Shown here: positions 8,404-16,518 of the stretch, in pieces | Position numbering within the stretch: position 1 is the stretch's first letter | Layout of the letters: every line of letters begins with the position of its first letter | Source of the DNA: Promethearchaeota archaeon | GTDB taxonomy: Archaea; Asgardarchaeota; Lokiarchaeia; Sigyniarchaeales; SOKP01 | Length of the DNA stretch: 16,519 nt | Direction: 5' to 3' | Assembly: GCA_048938445.1 (NCBI GenBank) | Contig: JBHLME010000099.1 | Coordinates: forward strand, 1 to 16,519 | Translations under genes and position numbers: made by a program | The notes under the pieces: model-generated | What the model was told of the DNA's origin: nothing | The model's input: the letters and a program-made list of their open reading frames with translations, nothing else | Database searches by the model: none

Positions 8404-9453
8404 ATGAATATTAAAACAAAAACATATTTAAAATACATCGGAATTCTTACCTTATTATTTCTTCCATTATTTGGTGTTATTGGAATTATAATTAGTAGGT
8501 CTATTATTACTCCTAATGACCTATTTTTTGTAGTTAATAAAGGTGAAACACCAAATATTAATATTAATGACTGGAGTCTGACAATTGAAGGGCATGTTAA
8601 GAATAATTTGAGTTTTATTTATTCTAATTTTACCTCACAACCATCGAAAGAAGTACTAGCAACACTACAATGTGTTGATGGTCCTTCTGGCACTGCTTTA
8701 TGGAAGGGAGTCCCTATTAAAAATTTGTTAAACATGGCAAGTATAAAGAATGGGGCTGTAGATGTTGTCTTTTATGCTGCAGATGGATATTCCTCTTCAT
8801 TAACTATTGAAGAAGCAAGCGCAGATGATGTGCTTTTGGCATATGAAATGAATAATGAACTTCTACCCGTTGAACAAGGATTTCCTGTTAGAGTTATTGC
8901 TCCTAACCACCAAGGATATAAATGGGTCAAATGGGTCGTTAAAGTAGAAATTGTAGATTATGATTATATAGGTTATTGGGAAAGCAGGGGTTGGAGTGAT
9001 GATGCGTCAATTACCCCCCTTTCAGATTGGATTTTACATGCAATCTTATTATCAATTTCTTTACCCTTAGGAGGACTTGCTATGATGTCCGGTTTAAAAA
9101 GGTCTCCGATAACAAGATTTTTTCATGATCTTCCTAAATTTGTAAATAAAAAATTCCATATTGCTCTTGGTATTGCTTATTTTCTGACTTTTCTAAGTTT
9201 TTTTACTTATTGGGTTATCTCCACAATTTTAAATAGAGGGGCTATATTGTATACAATGCATGGGATAATTGCTTCAATATCGGTCATTCTAGTAATACCA
9301 AGTGTCATTACAGGCATTAAAAAAGTAACTAAAAAGAATATAAAAAAAAGTAAGTTACACTATAGATTAAATCTCTATTCTTTTTATTTGCTCTTATTAA
9401 CAATATTGTTAGGATTTTTATTAGTGTTTCTCAACATCTTTCGATTTTATTGA
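8404..9453 (+). CDS. Molybdopterin-dependent oxidoreductase (sulfite oxidase/MsrP family) fused to a C-terminal 4-TM cytochrome b561-like domain
   Basis: Oxidored_molyb motifs 'WSLTIEGHV', 'TLQCVDG' (Mo-ligand Cys90), 'WKGVPI', 'DGYSSSL', 'LAYEMNNELLPVEQGFPVRVIAP...GYKWVKWV' and 'GYWESRGW'. It has an N-terminal TM anchor and four C-terminal TMs, each with a His (212, 252, 286, 319). Confidence 0.9.
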   Translation: MNIKTKTYLKYIGILTLLFLPLFGVIGIIISRSIITPNDLFFVVNKGETPNININDWSLTIEGHVKNNLSFIYSNFTSQPSKEVLATLQCVDGPSGTALWKGVPIKNLLNMASIKNGAVDVVFYAADGYSSSLTIEEASADDVLLAYEMNNELLPVEQGFPVRVIAPNHQGYKWVKWVVKVEIVDYDYIGYWESRGWSDDASITPLSDWILHAILLSISLPLGGLAMMSGLKRSPITRFFHDLPKFVNKKFHIALGIAYFLTFLSFFTYWVISTILNRGAILYTMHGIIASISVILVIPSVITGIKKVTKKNIKKSKLHYRLNLYSFYLLLLTILLGFLLVFLNIFRFY

Positions 9454-9671
9454 TAAATAATAAAAAAAGCTTATAAAAGAAGTTTTATGCAAAATCTAGT
9501 TAAGAATAAATAAAATATCACGATTTCAGTATTATCTATCAATTAAATAATAGCATTAGTAATGGTTTTTCATGCTTTATTAGCAATAAAATCTTGGAAT
9601 TGAAATTATATCTTAAATGTTTATATATTACTTATGTCTCTTTATAAGTAAAATATGAAAATTGTACTATT

Positions 9672-10595
9672 GTGTATAGAAACATGTCCATTCCAGAAGC
9701 TTATCCTATTGGATATCGTTTAGGACTTGATATGTTATTATGGTACATTAATATTTTTGCTAGTCTTTCTATTAGTCTTATCTTTTTAATTCGAACTATT
9801 CAAGTAAAATTCATAAATAAGAAGAAATTATATCTTGGCGATTTTTTTGTGGGTTTGGGCATTGTTTTTACTCATATATTTTTCCAAATGGCATATACAT
9901 TCCCTATGATATATAATATATTTGTATCAAGTGGGTATGTTTCAACATATTTAGGAATTACGATATTTGTGTATTTTTGGGAAAGAAATGTAATTAAATT
10001 AAAGTTTATTCCAACTATTATTAGCTTCATTTTAACTTGCTTTGCAATTATTAATCTCGTGTATAATCTAACTTTTCACCAGCATTTAATCGAATTTATA
10101 AGTATATTAATTCCATTAGGAGGGATAGTGGTATATTTAGCATTAATAGTGATACTATTACAATTTAGCCAAAGGATTATCGATAATTTAAAATATATTG
10201 GTTATTTAGTTATCGTTTCTATAGTATCTTATGCAATTGGATATACTTTCGATACTTATTTTATATTCGAACTATTTCCAAACTTTCCACCTATAATAAG
10301 TCCTATCGTCGTTTTGATATCAACTTTAATATTTTTTTATGGAATAAACAAGATTTCAGAGGGATTATTATCGTATTATCAAAAATCTCGGACTTGTATT
10401 GTTCATAAAGGGAAAATTTTACATGATGATTTACTATATCTCTGTCCACATTGTAATGCAATATATTGTAAGAACTGCTATGAACAGGTAATTAAAAATG
10501 AGGGATGCTGGAATTGTTTTGAGTTATTTAAAATGCAAGAGGAATCTAAAAAAGAACATCTATTTGATGACTCGAAATCTTTAAATAAAAAGTAA
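9672..10595 (+). CDS. 7TM membrane protein with C-terminal RING-like zinc finger (start possibly ATG 9684)
   Basis: Seven hydrophobic segments followed by C-x2-H-x12-C-x2-C-x4-C-x2-C-x9-C-x2-C (aa 242-282). Confidence 0.8.
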   Translation: MYRNMSIPEAYPIGYRLGLDMLLWYINIFASLSISLIFLIRTIQVKFINKKKLYLGDFFVGLGIVFTHIFFQMAYTFPMIYNIFVSSGYVSTYLGITIFVYFWERNVIKLKFIPTIISFILTCFAIINLVYNLTFHQHLIEFISILIPLGGIVVYLALIVILLQFSQRIIDNLKYIGYLVIVSIVSYAIGYTFDTYFIFELFPNFPPIISPIVVLISTLIFFYGINKISEGLLSYYQKSRTCIVHKGKILHDDLLYLCPHCNAIYCKNCYEQVIKNEGCWNCFELFKMQEESKKEHLFDDSKSLNKK

Positions 10596-10682
10596 AAAAC
10601 ATTGACTAAATAGATAAATACGTCGGTCGGTTTCATATAAAATTCCAATAAAAAATAATGGAGCTAAAGAGATGATAAGAAT

Positions 10683-12200
10683 TTATAAATCCCTCTCTAA
10701 GATTAAATCTGCCGCAAGACAACCTGTATACATTGATACAGGATAACCTCCAAGAAAAGGTTCAAGAACAGAGTAAATTCCCACGAGTAATAAATTATCA
10801 AATGGTTTTTCAGATAATAACTTGGATTTTATGCGGATCTTTTGTATATCTCGTGTCCATCCTGCTACCGATCCTTGAGATCTGCATATAAAATCTCGAT
10901 ATGTCAATGGTGTAGCCGCCTCTTTTACTATGATTGATGATGAAAGACCTGGAAGTACTTCTTCAACAGTTTCAATTAATTTTTCAACAAGTTCCTGTTT
11001 ATGTTCATGATATCCCTCCCTTCTCTTAAAGTCACTTATCCTCCATTTTTCGAAATATTCATAAGGCATCGACGCTCTTAGTAAGATGCTCTTATGTCCA
11101 TCAGGAGCAAATTTTTCTGATTTATTAGACCATAGGCATATCTCAATTTCTTTTCTTGAAAAATCAGTGATAGATTTTGTCTTACTATTATCTAAATTAG
11201 AATGATAAAATAGATGATCTGCTCGCATATTACTAAGATTTACTCTACTCGGATCAATTCCTAGATATACACATAACTCCGAATTGGTATAAGGAGTATT
11301 TTTTACGTTATTTAGGTGAGAAATTGGAACCTTATTTGAATCAATTAGTTTTAAAAATACTTGTTTGTAGTCAGCATTAGAAATTATCCACTCTGCTCTA
11401 TAGACCTTTTTATCAATTGTTCTCACACCTACAGCTTTGTTATTCTCAATTAAAATTTCTTCTACTTCGGTATTGCGCTTAATTACACCTCCATGGGATA
11501 TAATATTCTCTGCCAATAATTCATTAATTCCATTAATTGCACATGATGGAAACCAAATACCCTCATGTGACATTACATTCCATAAAAATGCTAAATGAAC
11601 AACATTCATAATAGGATCACGTGTTCCTTGAGATCCTAAGAGTCTCTTTAAACTTGTATTTACTAAATATTTATCAAGCAATGTCTTTATAGGAATTTCA
11701 GAATATTTCTTAATAATCTCATATTCATTACTGTGGGAATCTAGTTCACTAATCGCTTTTTTTTTTTTCTCTCCAACTATGAAATCGGGATGCCATTCAT
11801 TCACTTTTTGAATTGCTAAAATTACAGTGTTAAATTCCTTAAAAAAAGTTTCAATTCCCTTGCTCTCTTCAGGAAATTTATTTTTAAGTTGATTTTCAAA
11901 CTCCGACCACTCTTGAGAGTAAATGATGTCTAATTCTGGAGATATAAGCTGAAAATGACTTCTTTTAAATGTAATTTCTTCTTGAACACCCACTTCTTTC
12001 AACATTAATTGAACTAAAGAAGGATGAGAAAAGGACAAGGGACCCATTGGAAAGATAAAATCTCCTCTACTGAAAATACAGCTACTCCCTCCAATAAAAT
12101 AAATTTTCTCTAAAACAATTACCTTTTTTCCACTTGTCGCTAATTTTGAAGCACAAGTTAACCCACCTACTCCCGCTCCTATTACAATTGCATCATACAT
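10683..12200 (-). CDS. FAD-dependent oxidoreductase, phytoene desaturase/COG1233 family
   Basis: Rossmann motif 'DAIVIGAGVGGL...VLEK...GG', plus 'IISNAD', 'APDGH', 'EAATPLTY...GSVAGW' and C-terminal 'NLLLVG...GGYP...G..AA'. The substrate cannot be assigned from sequence. Confidence 0.9.
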   Translation of the reverse strand: MYDAIVIGAGVGGLTCASKLATSGKKVIVLEKIYFIGGSSCIFSRGDFIFPMGPLSFSHPSLVQLMLKEVGVQEEITFKRSHFQLISPELDIIYSQEWSEFENQLKNKFPEESKGIETFFKEFNTVILAIQKVNEWHPDFIVGEKKKKAISELDSHSNEYEIIKKYSEIPIKTLLDKYLVNTSLKRLLGSQGTRDPIMNVVHLAFLWNVMSHEGIWFPSCAINGINELLAENIISHGGVIKRNTEVEEILIENNKAVGVRTIDKKVYRAEWIISNADYKQVFLKLIDSNKVPISHLNNVKNTPYTNSELCVYLGIDPSRVNLSNMRADHLFYHSNLDNSKTKSITDFSRKEIEICLWSNKSEKFAPDGHKSILLRASMPYEYFEKWRISDFKRREGYHEHKQELVEKLIETVEEVLPGLSSSIIVKEAATPLTYRDFICRSQGSVAGWTRDIQKIRIKSKLLSEKPFDNLLLVGIYSVLEPFLGGYPVSMYTGCLAADLILERDL

Positions 12201-12376
12201 TTCTTAAAACTTTTTAATTCTCATTGGTATTTACTTTCCTCTTAAATGAATAGAAATTTAATTATTATTTATAGATTTATATAATATTTTAAATATTCAA
12301 AATAATTGTCTTTTAGCTTCTTATTTAATTTAAAATAAGGGTACAAGGATATCTAATATAAAATATTTTTTTTTTC

Positions 12377-12401
12377 TCACCTTGGTTTCCCACCGAGGTG
12401 A
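12377..12401. repeat. GC-rich hairpin TCACCTTGGT-N5-ACCGAGGTGA in a divergent intergenic region
   Basis: 10-bp stem with one T:G pair, preceded by a T10 run (12366-12375). It stands out from the AT-rich background. Confidence 0.6.
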
Positions 12402-12634
12402 TATCAAATTTTTATTTGATAAATTTATTTCTATTGAGCTTTTATCAATAAATCTATAGAAATATTAATATACTTCTTAGAGTTGAGGCATCAAAATCAT
12501 AAAAGGTCTATTTTATACTTCATCCTCTTCAAAATTCTCTATGATGGATTTAAATAGCACTAGTGAGGATAGAAAAATGATATTAGAAATCAATTAAAAA
12601 AATAAATCAATTTAAAAAAAAAAGGATTGAAAAA

Positions 12635-13579
12635 ATGGCTCAAATTCGCAAAAAAATTATTGAACATCCCTATGTTGCTGTAGCTATCTTGTTATTTCTA
12701 TTTACGGGAGTCCTCCTCTTTCCTCATAGGTTCATGATTTCTTATTCATTGAGATTTGGTGAAGACTATTTTTCAATCATATTTTTTAATGTCCTATTAC
12801 CTTTTAGCCTGTTATTTTTTTTTTGGAATTTAATCGTACCTTTTGGATTTTTTCTTGAAGATGATGAAAATTCGAGTTTTCAAATTCTAAAAGACTATCA
12901 TAAAATAATAAAATTGAGTTCAGTTGAGCACATGGGGCGCATCCTTTTACTAAGCTTTATTTGCATAATTATTTACTACTTCTTCGTAGTTACAGGAGCA
13001 TTTATTCTTGGAACATCCTCATGGGATTTTTCTATTCTATTTAGAAATATTGAAATAAATGAAGATTTAGGATGGTTTAATTTTATAACTTATCTTAGAG
13101 CACCAATCTGGGAAGAAATTACTTTTCGAGGAGTAATTTTAGCAATATTTTTGAATGCATTTTCAAAAAGAAAAGCAATCATATTAAATGGTTTAATTTT
13201 TGGTTTATTTCATTTTATTAATTTTTTGATCTCTTATTCTGAAATATGGAGCAGTTTATTAGATGTGTTGGCATTAATGGGATTTGGTATAGTTATAGGA
13301 ATTTTTCTTGCTTATATGTTTACCAAAACTGAAAACTTGATTTCTTGCATTGTGATACATTATTTTATCAATATTATTTTTCTCATTTTTTTTGTTTCTA
13401 TTGAAAATATTGGATTAATGATACTTTACCATGTTTTTTTTAGAACGCTTATGCCTTGGATTGTAAATAGTTTACTAATCAGATATGTCTACAAATATTG
13501 GGAACAAGAACATGAGCAATCCCTAAAAAATAAATTTATGAATAAAAAACGGGGTTTTAAGGAAATTGAGAATTCGTAG
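12635..13579 (+). CDS. CPBP family intramembrane metalloprotease (Abi/Rce1-like type II CAAX protease)
   Basis: Motif 1 'APIWEEITFRG', motif 2 'FGLFH', motif 4 'IHYFIN', and multiple TM helices. Confidence 0.92.
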   Translation: MAQIRKKIIEHPYVAVAILLFLFTGVLLFPHRFMISYSLRFGEDYFSIIFFNVLLPFSLLFFFWNLIVPFGFFLEDDENSSFQILKDYHKIIKLSSVEHMGRILLLSFICIIIYYFFVVTGAFILGTSSWDFSILFRNIEINEDLGWFNFITYLRAPIWEEITFRGVILAIFLNAFSKRKAIILNGLIFGLFHFINFLISYSEIWSSLLDVLALMGFGIVIGIFLAYMFTKTENLISCIVIHYFINIIFLIFFVSIENIGLMILYHVFFRTLMPWIVNSLLIRYVYKYWEQEHEQSLKNKFMNKKRGFKEIENS

Positions 13580-13693
13580 AAAAAAAAAAATAAATAATGG
13601 AAGCATAAATTATATAAAAAATGAAAATTTTTGAGTTATTAACAAAAATCATTGATTATAATAACAAGTTATATTTATTAAGTGAAAAAAAAA

Positions 13694-13918
13694 ATGGCGA
13701 ATAATAAAAATAAGGCAAAATCTAAGATTGGTATTGGAATGCTATTAGGAGCTGTCATTGGTTTGGCTATTGGATTTGTTCTTGGGATTGCATTTGGAAT
13801 TCTTTTTGGTAATCCTGGTGTGGGTATAGGTATTGGAGTTGGAATAGGTGTTGCGCTGGGTACTGGAATTGGTCTCGCAATTGGCACTACTTTAGATCAA
13901 AAGGAAAAAGAAAAGTAG
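13694..13918 (+). CDS. Small glycine-zipper membrane protein
   Basis: Basic N-terminus, then a long GxxxG run, a GNPG turn and a (G-hydrophobic)n second helix. ATG 13694 is preferred over GTG 13682. Confidence 0.8.
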   Translation: MANNKNKAKSKIGIGMLLGAVIGLAIGFVLGIAFGILFGNPGVGIGIGVGIGVALGTGIGLAIGTTLDQKEKEK

Positions 13919-14150
13919 TCAACTTAGAAATAGTAAATCCTTTAAATAATCCATAAGAACTCTATATCAAGTTCTTAAATATTCTTTTATATGTTTTAAA
14001 TCAAGCATTAGAAAAACTAATGAGCAGTTTGATTTTTAATGAAATTTTAATCCAAGAATAAATGAATTAAAAAGTAATATAAGAAATAATTGACTAGATT
14101 TTTAAACACATTAAGAGCATATAATGTATACAATATGATGATGATAAGAA

Positions 14151-14849
14151 GTGACTAAAATGAAAAAGGATCAATTTTTTATTTACTCGAGATGGAAAAT
14201 GGAAGGTCTATTAAAAAAGACTTACATGAATACAATATTTATTATAATTCTTTTAATAATATTTGGATTTGTCATTATCGAGTTACTATTTATTGGACTT
14301 TACAATTTAATTCACTATGGTCCAATGCTACTTTTCTCATATTTACTATATCTATTTTTGGTTTCAATAACATTAACAACACAGATTTTAACTATTAAGA
14401 AATATAAGAAAAGTAAATGCTATCTTGAAAACTATTATGGTAACATCATTGATGATAATGGTGATTTTCCTCAAGATGAGCTTTTTATAACTGGAGTAGC
14501 ATTTTCAAGCGAGACTTATTGTAGTAATTGTGGAACTCCCTTAACGCCTTCAATTTTTCAAGAGACTAAGAAAGGAATCATTAGACCTACGTCAGGATAT
14601 TTTTATTATTGTAGGAGCTGCTATAAAAAACACATTAATAAAAATATCATTCTTTTCCACGTTTTTCTTAACATTTTTCAGGTAATTATTATCTTTCTTG
14701 CTTTCTCATTGATAGATTTCTTATTCCAAGGTAGTTTTGGTTTACTTGATTTTATTTTAATCATTATGATTGTTCCAATTGTGTGGATGATCTTAGTAAT
14801 ACCAATTATTATAGTAATGATTATAAATTTTAAAAAAAAGTATATTTAA
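14151..14849 (+). CDS. Membrane protein, 2TM - Zn finger (CSNC...CRSC) - 2TM
   Basis: Four hydrophobic segments flank a soluble loop with two CxxC pairs. The start codon is uncertain (14151, 14160 or 14199). Confidence 0.7.
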   Translation: MTKMKKDQFFIYSRWKMEGLLKKTYMNTIFIIILLIIFGFVIIELLFIGLYNLIHYGPMLLFSYLLYLFLVSITLTTQILTIKKYKKSKCYLENYYGNIIDDNGDFPQDELFITGVAFSSETYCSNCGTPLTPSIFQETKKGIIRPTSGYFYYCRSCYKKHINKNIILFHVFLNIFQVIIIFLAFSLIDFLFQGSFGLLDFILIIMIVPIVWMILVIPIIIVMIINFKKKYI

Positions 14850-14954
14850 GTCATAAACTTTAATCAATAACGTTAAAATTTGAAATGAATTTGTAACATA
14901 AAGAAAAATAGATTCAAGTTTTGATGAGATTATTAATAATTATAAGAAGAAGTT

Positions 14955-15010
14955 AAATAAAAAAAATAAAAAAATTCACGCGCCGTTGACAACCTTGCAT
15001 CGGGGCACGT
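14955..15010 (-). terminator. Hairpin plus oligo-U tract at the 3' end of the 42-aa gene
   Basis: On the minus-strand RNA, ACGUGCC (15010-15004) pairs with GGCGCGU (14984-14978), followed by UUUUUUUAUUUUUUUUAUUU (14974-14955). Confidence 0.5.
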
Positions 15011-15104
15011 AGGAATCTTGAACTGCGTAATTATTGAAGTTGATGAAGTAATAATCCCTCCAATTGTCCTTGACATCTTCTAACATGGCTTCGTAAGCGC
15101 TCAT
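14976..15104 (-). CDS. Unannotated 42-aa small protein MSAYEAMLEDVKDNWRDYYFINFNNYAVQDSYVPRCKVVNGA
   Basis: ATG 15104 to TGA 14976. About 45% GC with 26 of 42 codons ending in G/C (manual count) against very AT-rich flanks. TTTAAA boxes lie upstream (15161-15166, 15196-15209) and a U-tract lies directly downstream. Confidence 0.7.
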   Translation of the reverse strand: MSAYEAMLEDVKDNWRDYYFINFNNYAVQDSYVPRCKVVNGA

Positions 15105-15261
15105 TTTTATCTTTCTTATTTAATCAATTGTGAGGTAATGCTTTCAAAACTACAATGAATTTTAAATAGTAAAATGATAAGTGCTAATAAGATAGTTTAA
15201 ATGTTTAAATAAGTAATCACTATCGGGATAATGCAAATCGATCTTATTATTTGTTATCTTT

Positions 15262-16299
15262 TCAATATTTAGAATATTCTTCCAAATACTTTTTCATCAA
15301 CTCACTTGATCCATAAATATATTTAAAAGTAGAGAAATTTTTAGAAATAGTTAAAAATTTTTCATAAAAATCCCATGCTGCTTTATTTTTAATTCCCCAT
15401 TTAGCAAGTTTGATATTTTCCTTTAAATCGTCAAAATATTTATAAAATGACCATGGAGCATCATTTCGAATTCCCAACTTAGCAAGTTCGACATCCTCCT
15501 TTAGTTTATAAAAATAAAGGTAAAATTCCTCGTGAGCATTGTTTTGGACGCCCCAAATAACAAGCTCTCGATTTTCTGCTAAATTCTTATAATTACTATA
15601 AAATTTCTTAGGAGCAATAGTTTGCATTCCCAACTTGGCAAGCTCGATATCCTCATTTAGTTTATAAAAATAAAGATAAAATTCCTCGGGAGCATTATTT
15701 TGGACTCCCCATTTTGCCAGCTCGATATTCTCTTTTAGTGTATCAAAGTTAATATAATATTCATCAGGAGCTTTATTTCGAATCCCATAAATTGCTAGCT
15801 TAGCCAATGAAGAATTTATCGATTGAAATAGGTGTTTAAGTTCCACTTCTGAAAATATTTCGAGGAATTTTCCTTTTATTAAGTATTCTATAACATTCTC
15901 ATTCCCTTCCTCAAGACGATAGATAATCTCTTCCTTGTAAGCCCTTTTAGCAATCGGATCTCCAATTTCAGATAATTTTTTTAACAATGGAAATGCTAAA
16001 TTTCTATGGAGCAACCTTGTATCATAATCATATTCGAACCAAGTTTGCAAATTAGAACAATGTCCCCAAAATTCCTCCTCAGGGGAGATATCTAATTTTT
16101 TAAATTCACTTGAACGATCTTGTTGTTCCATGTCATCTATGGATTGAATATCGTCATATTCATCAGCTTGGTGGAGATTAATTTGAAATGCCAAGTACTT
16201 GCATTGGTTAAACCTCTCTCCATTGACATAAATAAGAGTATGATTCCCTTCCAACTTGAGAGTCATGTACTTGTTGATTATGAATTCTTTTTCTACCAT
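15262..16299 (-). CDS. Lokiarchaeal-type conserved N-terminal domain fused to six 26-aa helical tandem repeats
   Basis: The N-terminal block 'LKLEGNHTLIYVNGERFNQCKYL...PEEEFWGHCSNLQTW..YDTRLLHRNLAFPLLKKL..GDP.AK...KEEI' is one I recall as a multi-copy Lokiarchaeia domain often preceding LRRs. Repeats occupy aa 168-323. Confidence 0.85.
   Translation of the reverse strand: MVEKEFIINKYMTLKLEGNHTLIYVNGERFNQCKYLAFQINLHQADEYDDIQSIDDMEQQDRSSEFKKLDISPEEEFWGHCSNLQTWFEYDYDTRLLHRNLAFPLLKKLSEIGDPIAKRAYKEEIIYRLEEGNENVIEYLIKGKFLEIFSEVELKHLFQSINSSLAKLAIYGIRNKAPDEYYINFDTLKENIELAKWGVQNNAPEEFYLYFYKLNEDIELAKLGMQTIAPKKFYSNYKNLAENRELVIWGVQNNAHEEFYLYFYKLKEDVELAKLGIRNDAPWSFYKYFDDLKENIKLAKWGIKNKAAWDFYEKFLTISKNFSTFKYIYGSSELMKKYLEEYSKY
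15331..15798 (-). repeat. Intragenic tandem repeat, 6 x 78 bp (26 aa), with 156-bp higher-order periodicity
   Basis: Units begin at aa 168, 194, 220, 246, 272 and 298. DNA at 15505-15555 and 15661-15711 is nearly identical (offset 156). Confidence 0.85.
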
Positions 16300-16389
16300 C
16301 TGTCTAGTAATAACAATAAATATCTATTTTTTAGGGTCATTCTTTCAATAATTTCGTCATTAATTGCGCTTAAGTCATATATATTTGCA

Positions 16390-16518
16390 TTATTTTTTAT
16401 CCTCATTTTTTTCTCTGTCTTCTACTCTTACTTCCATCACAATATTTCCCCAACCACCACATTTTAATCCTACATCACTGCATCCTACTCGTTTAAAACG
16501 CGCATTGTTAGGATCAAC
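16390..16518 (-). CDS. 3' end of a gene entering from the right edge (...VDPNNARFKRVGCSDVGLKCGGWGNIVMEVRVEDREKNEDKK), possibly TIGR04076-like Cys-containing protein
   Basis: Open frame from the window edge to TAA 16392-16390 with coding-like composition and a 'GCxDxGxxCGGWGxIVMEV' motif. The family label is a tentative recollection. Confidence 0.65.
   Translation of the reverse strand, partial: VDPNNARFKRVGCSDVGLKCGGWGNIVMEVRVEDREKNEDKK

Noticed and set aside
10683-12200. crtI / carotenoid pathway assignment
   Set aside because: COG1233 is functionally broad, and there is no phytoene synthase or other crt gene in the window.
13678-13887. Pro/Ile-repeat minus-strand ORF
   Set aside because: Mirror of the Gly codons (GGN read as NCC/CCN) of the glycine-zipper gene.
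14192-14398. 68-aa alternate-frame ORF
   Set aside because: Nested out of frame within the longer membrane-protein gene, with no independent support.
14940-14978. Selenocysteine readthrough of the small gene's UGA (Lokiarchaeia use Sec)
   Set aside because: Readthrough gives only IFLFFLFNFFL from a U-tract, and I saw no SECIS-like structure downstream.
14976-15104. DGR template repeat (AAC/AAT-rich segment)
   Set aside because: No reverse transcriptase and no matching variable repeat differing at adenines in this window.
15331-15798. CRISPR array or DGR interpretation of the 78/156-bp repeats
   Set aside because: The repeats are in-frame, degenerate at codon level, lack unique spacers and show no adenine-specific variation.
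16120-16467. 115-aa plus-strand ORF
   Set aside because: Overlaps two better-supported minus-strand genes in antisense.
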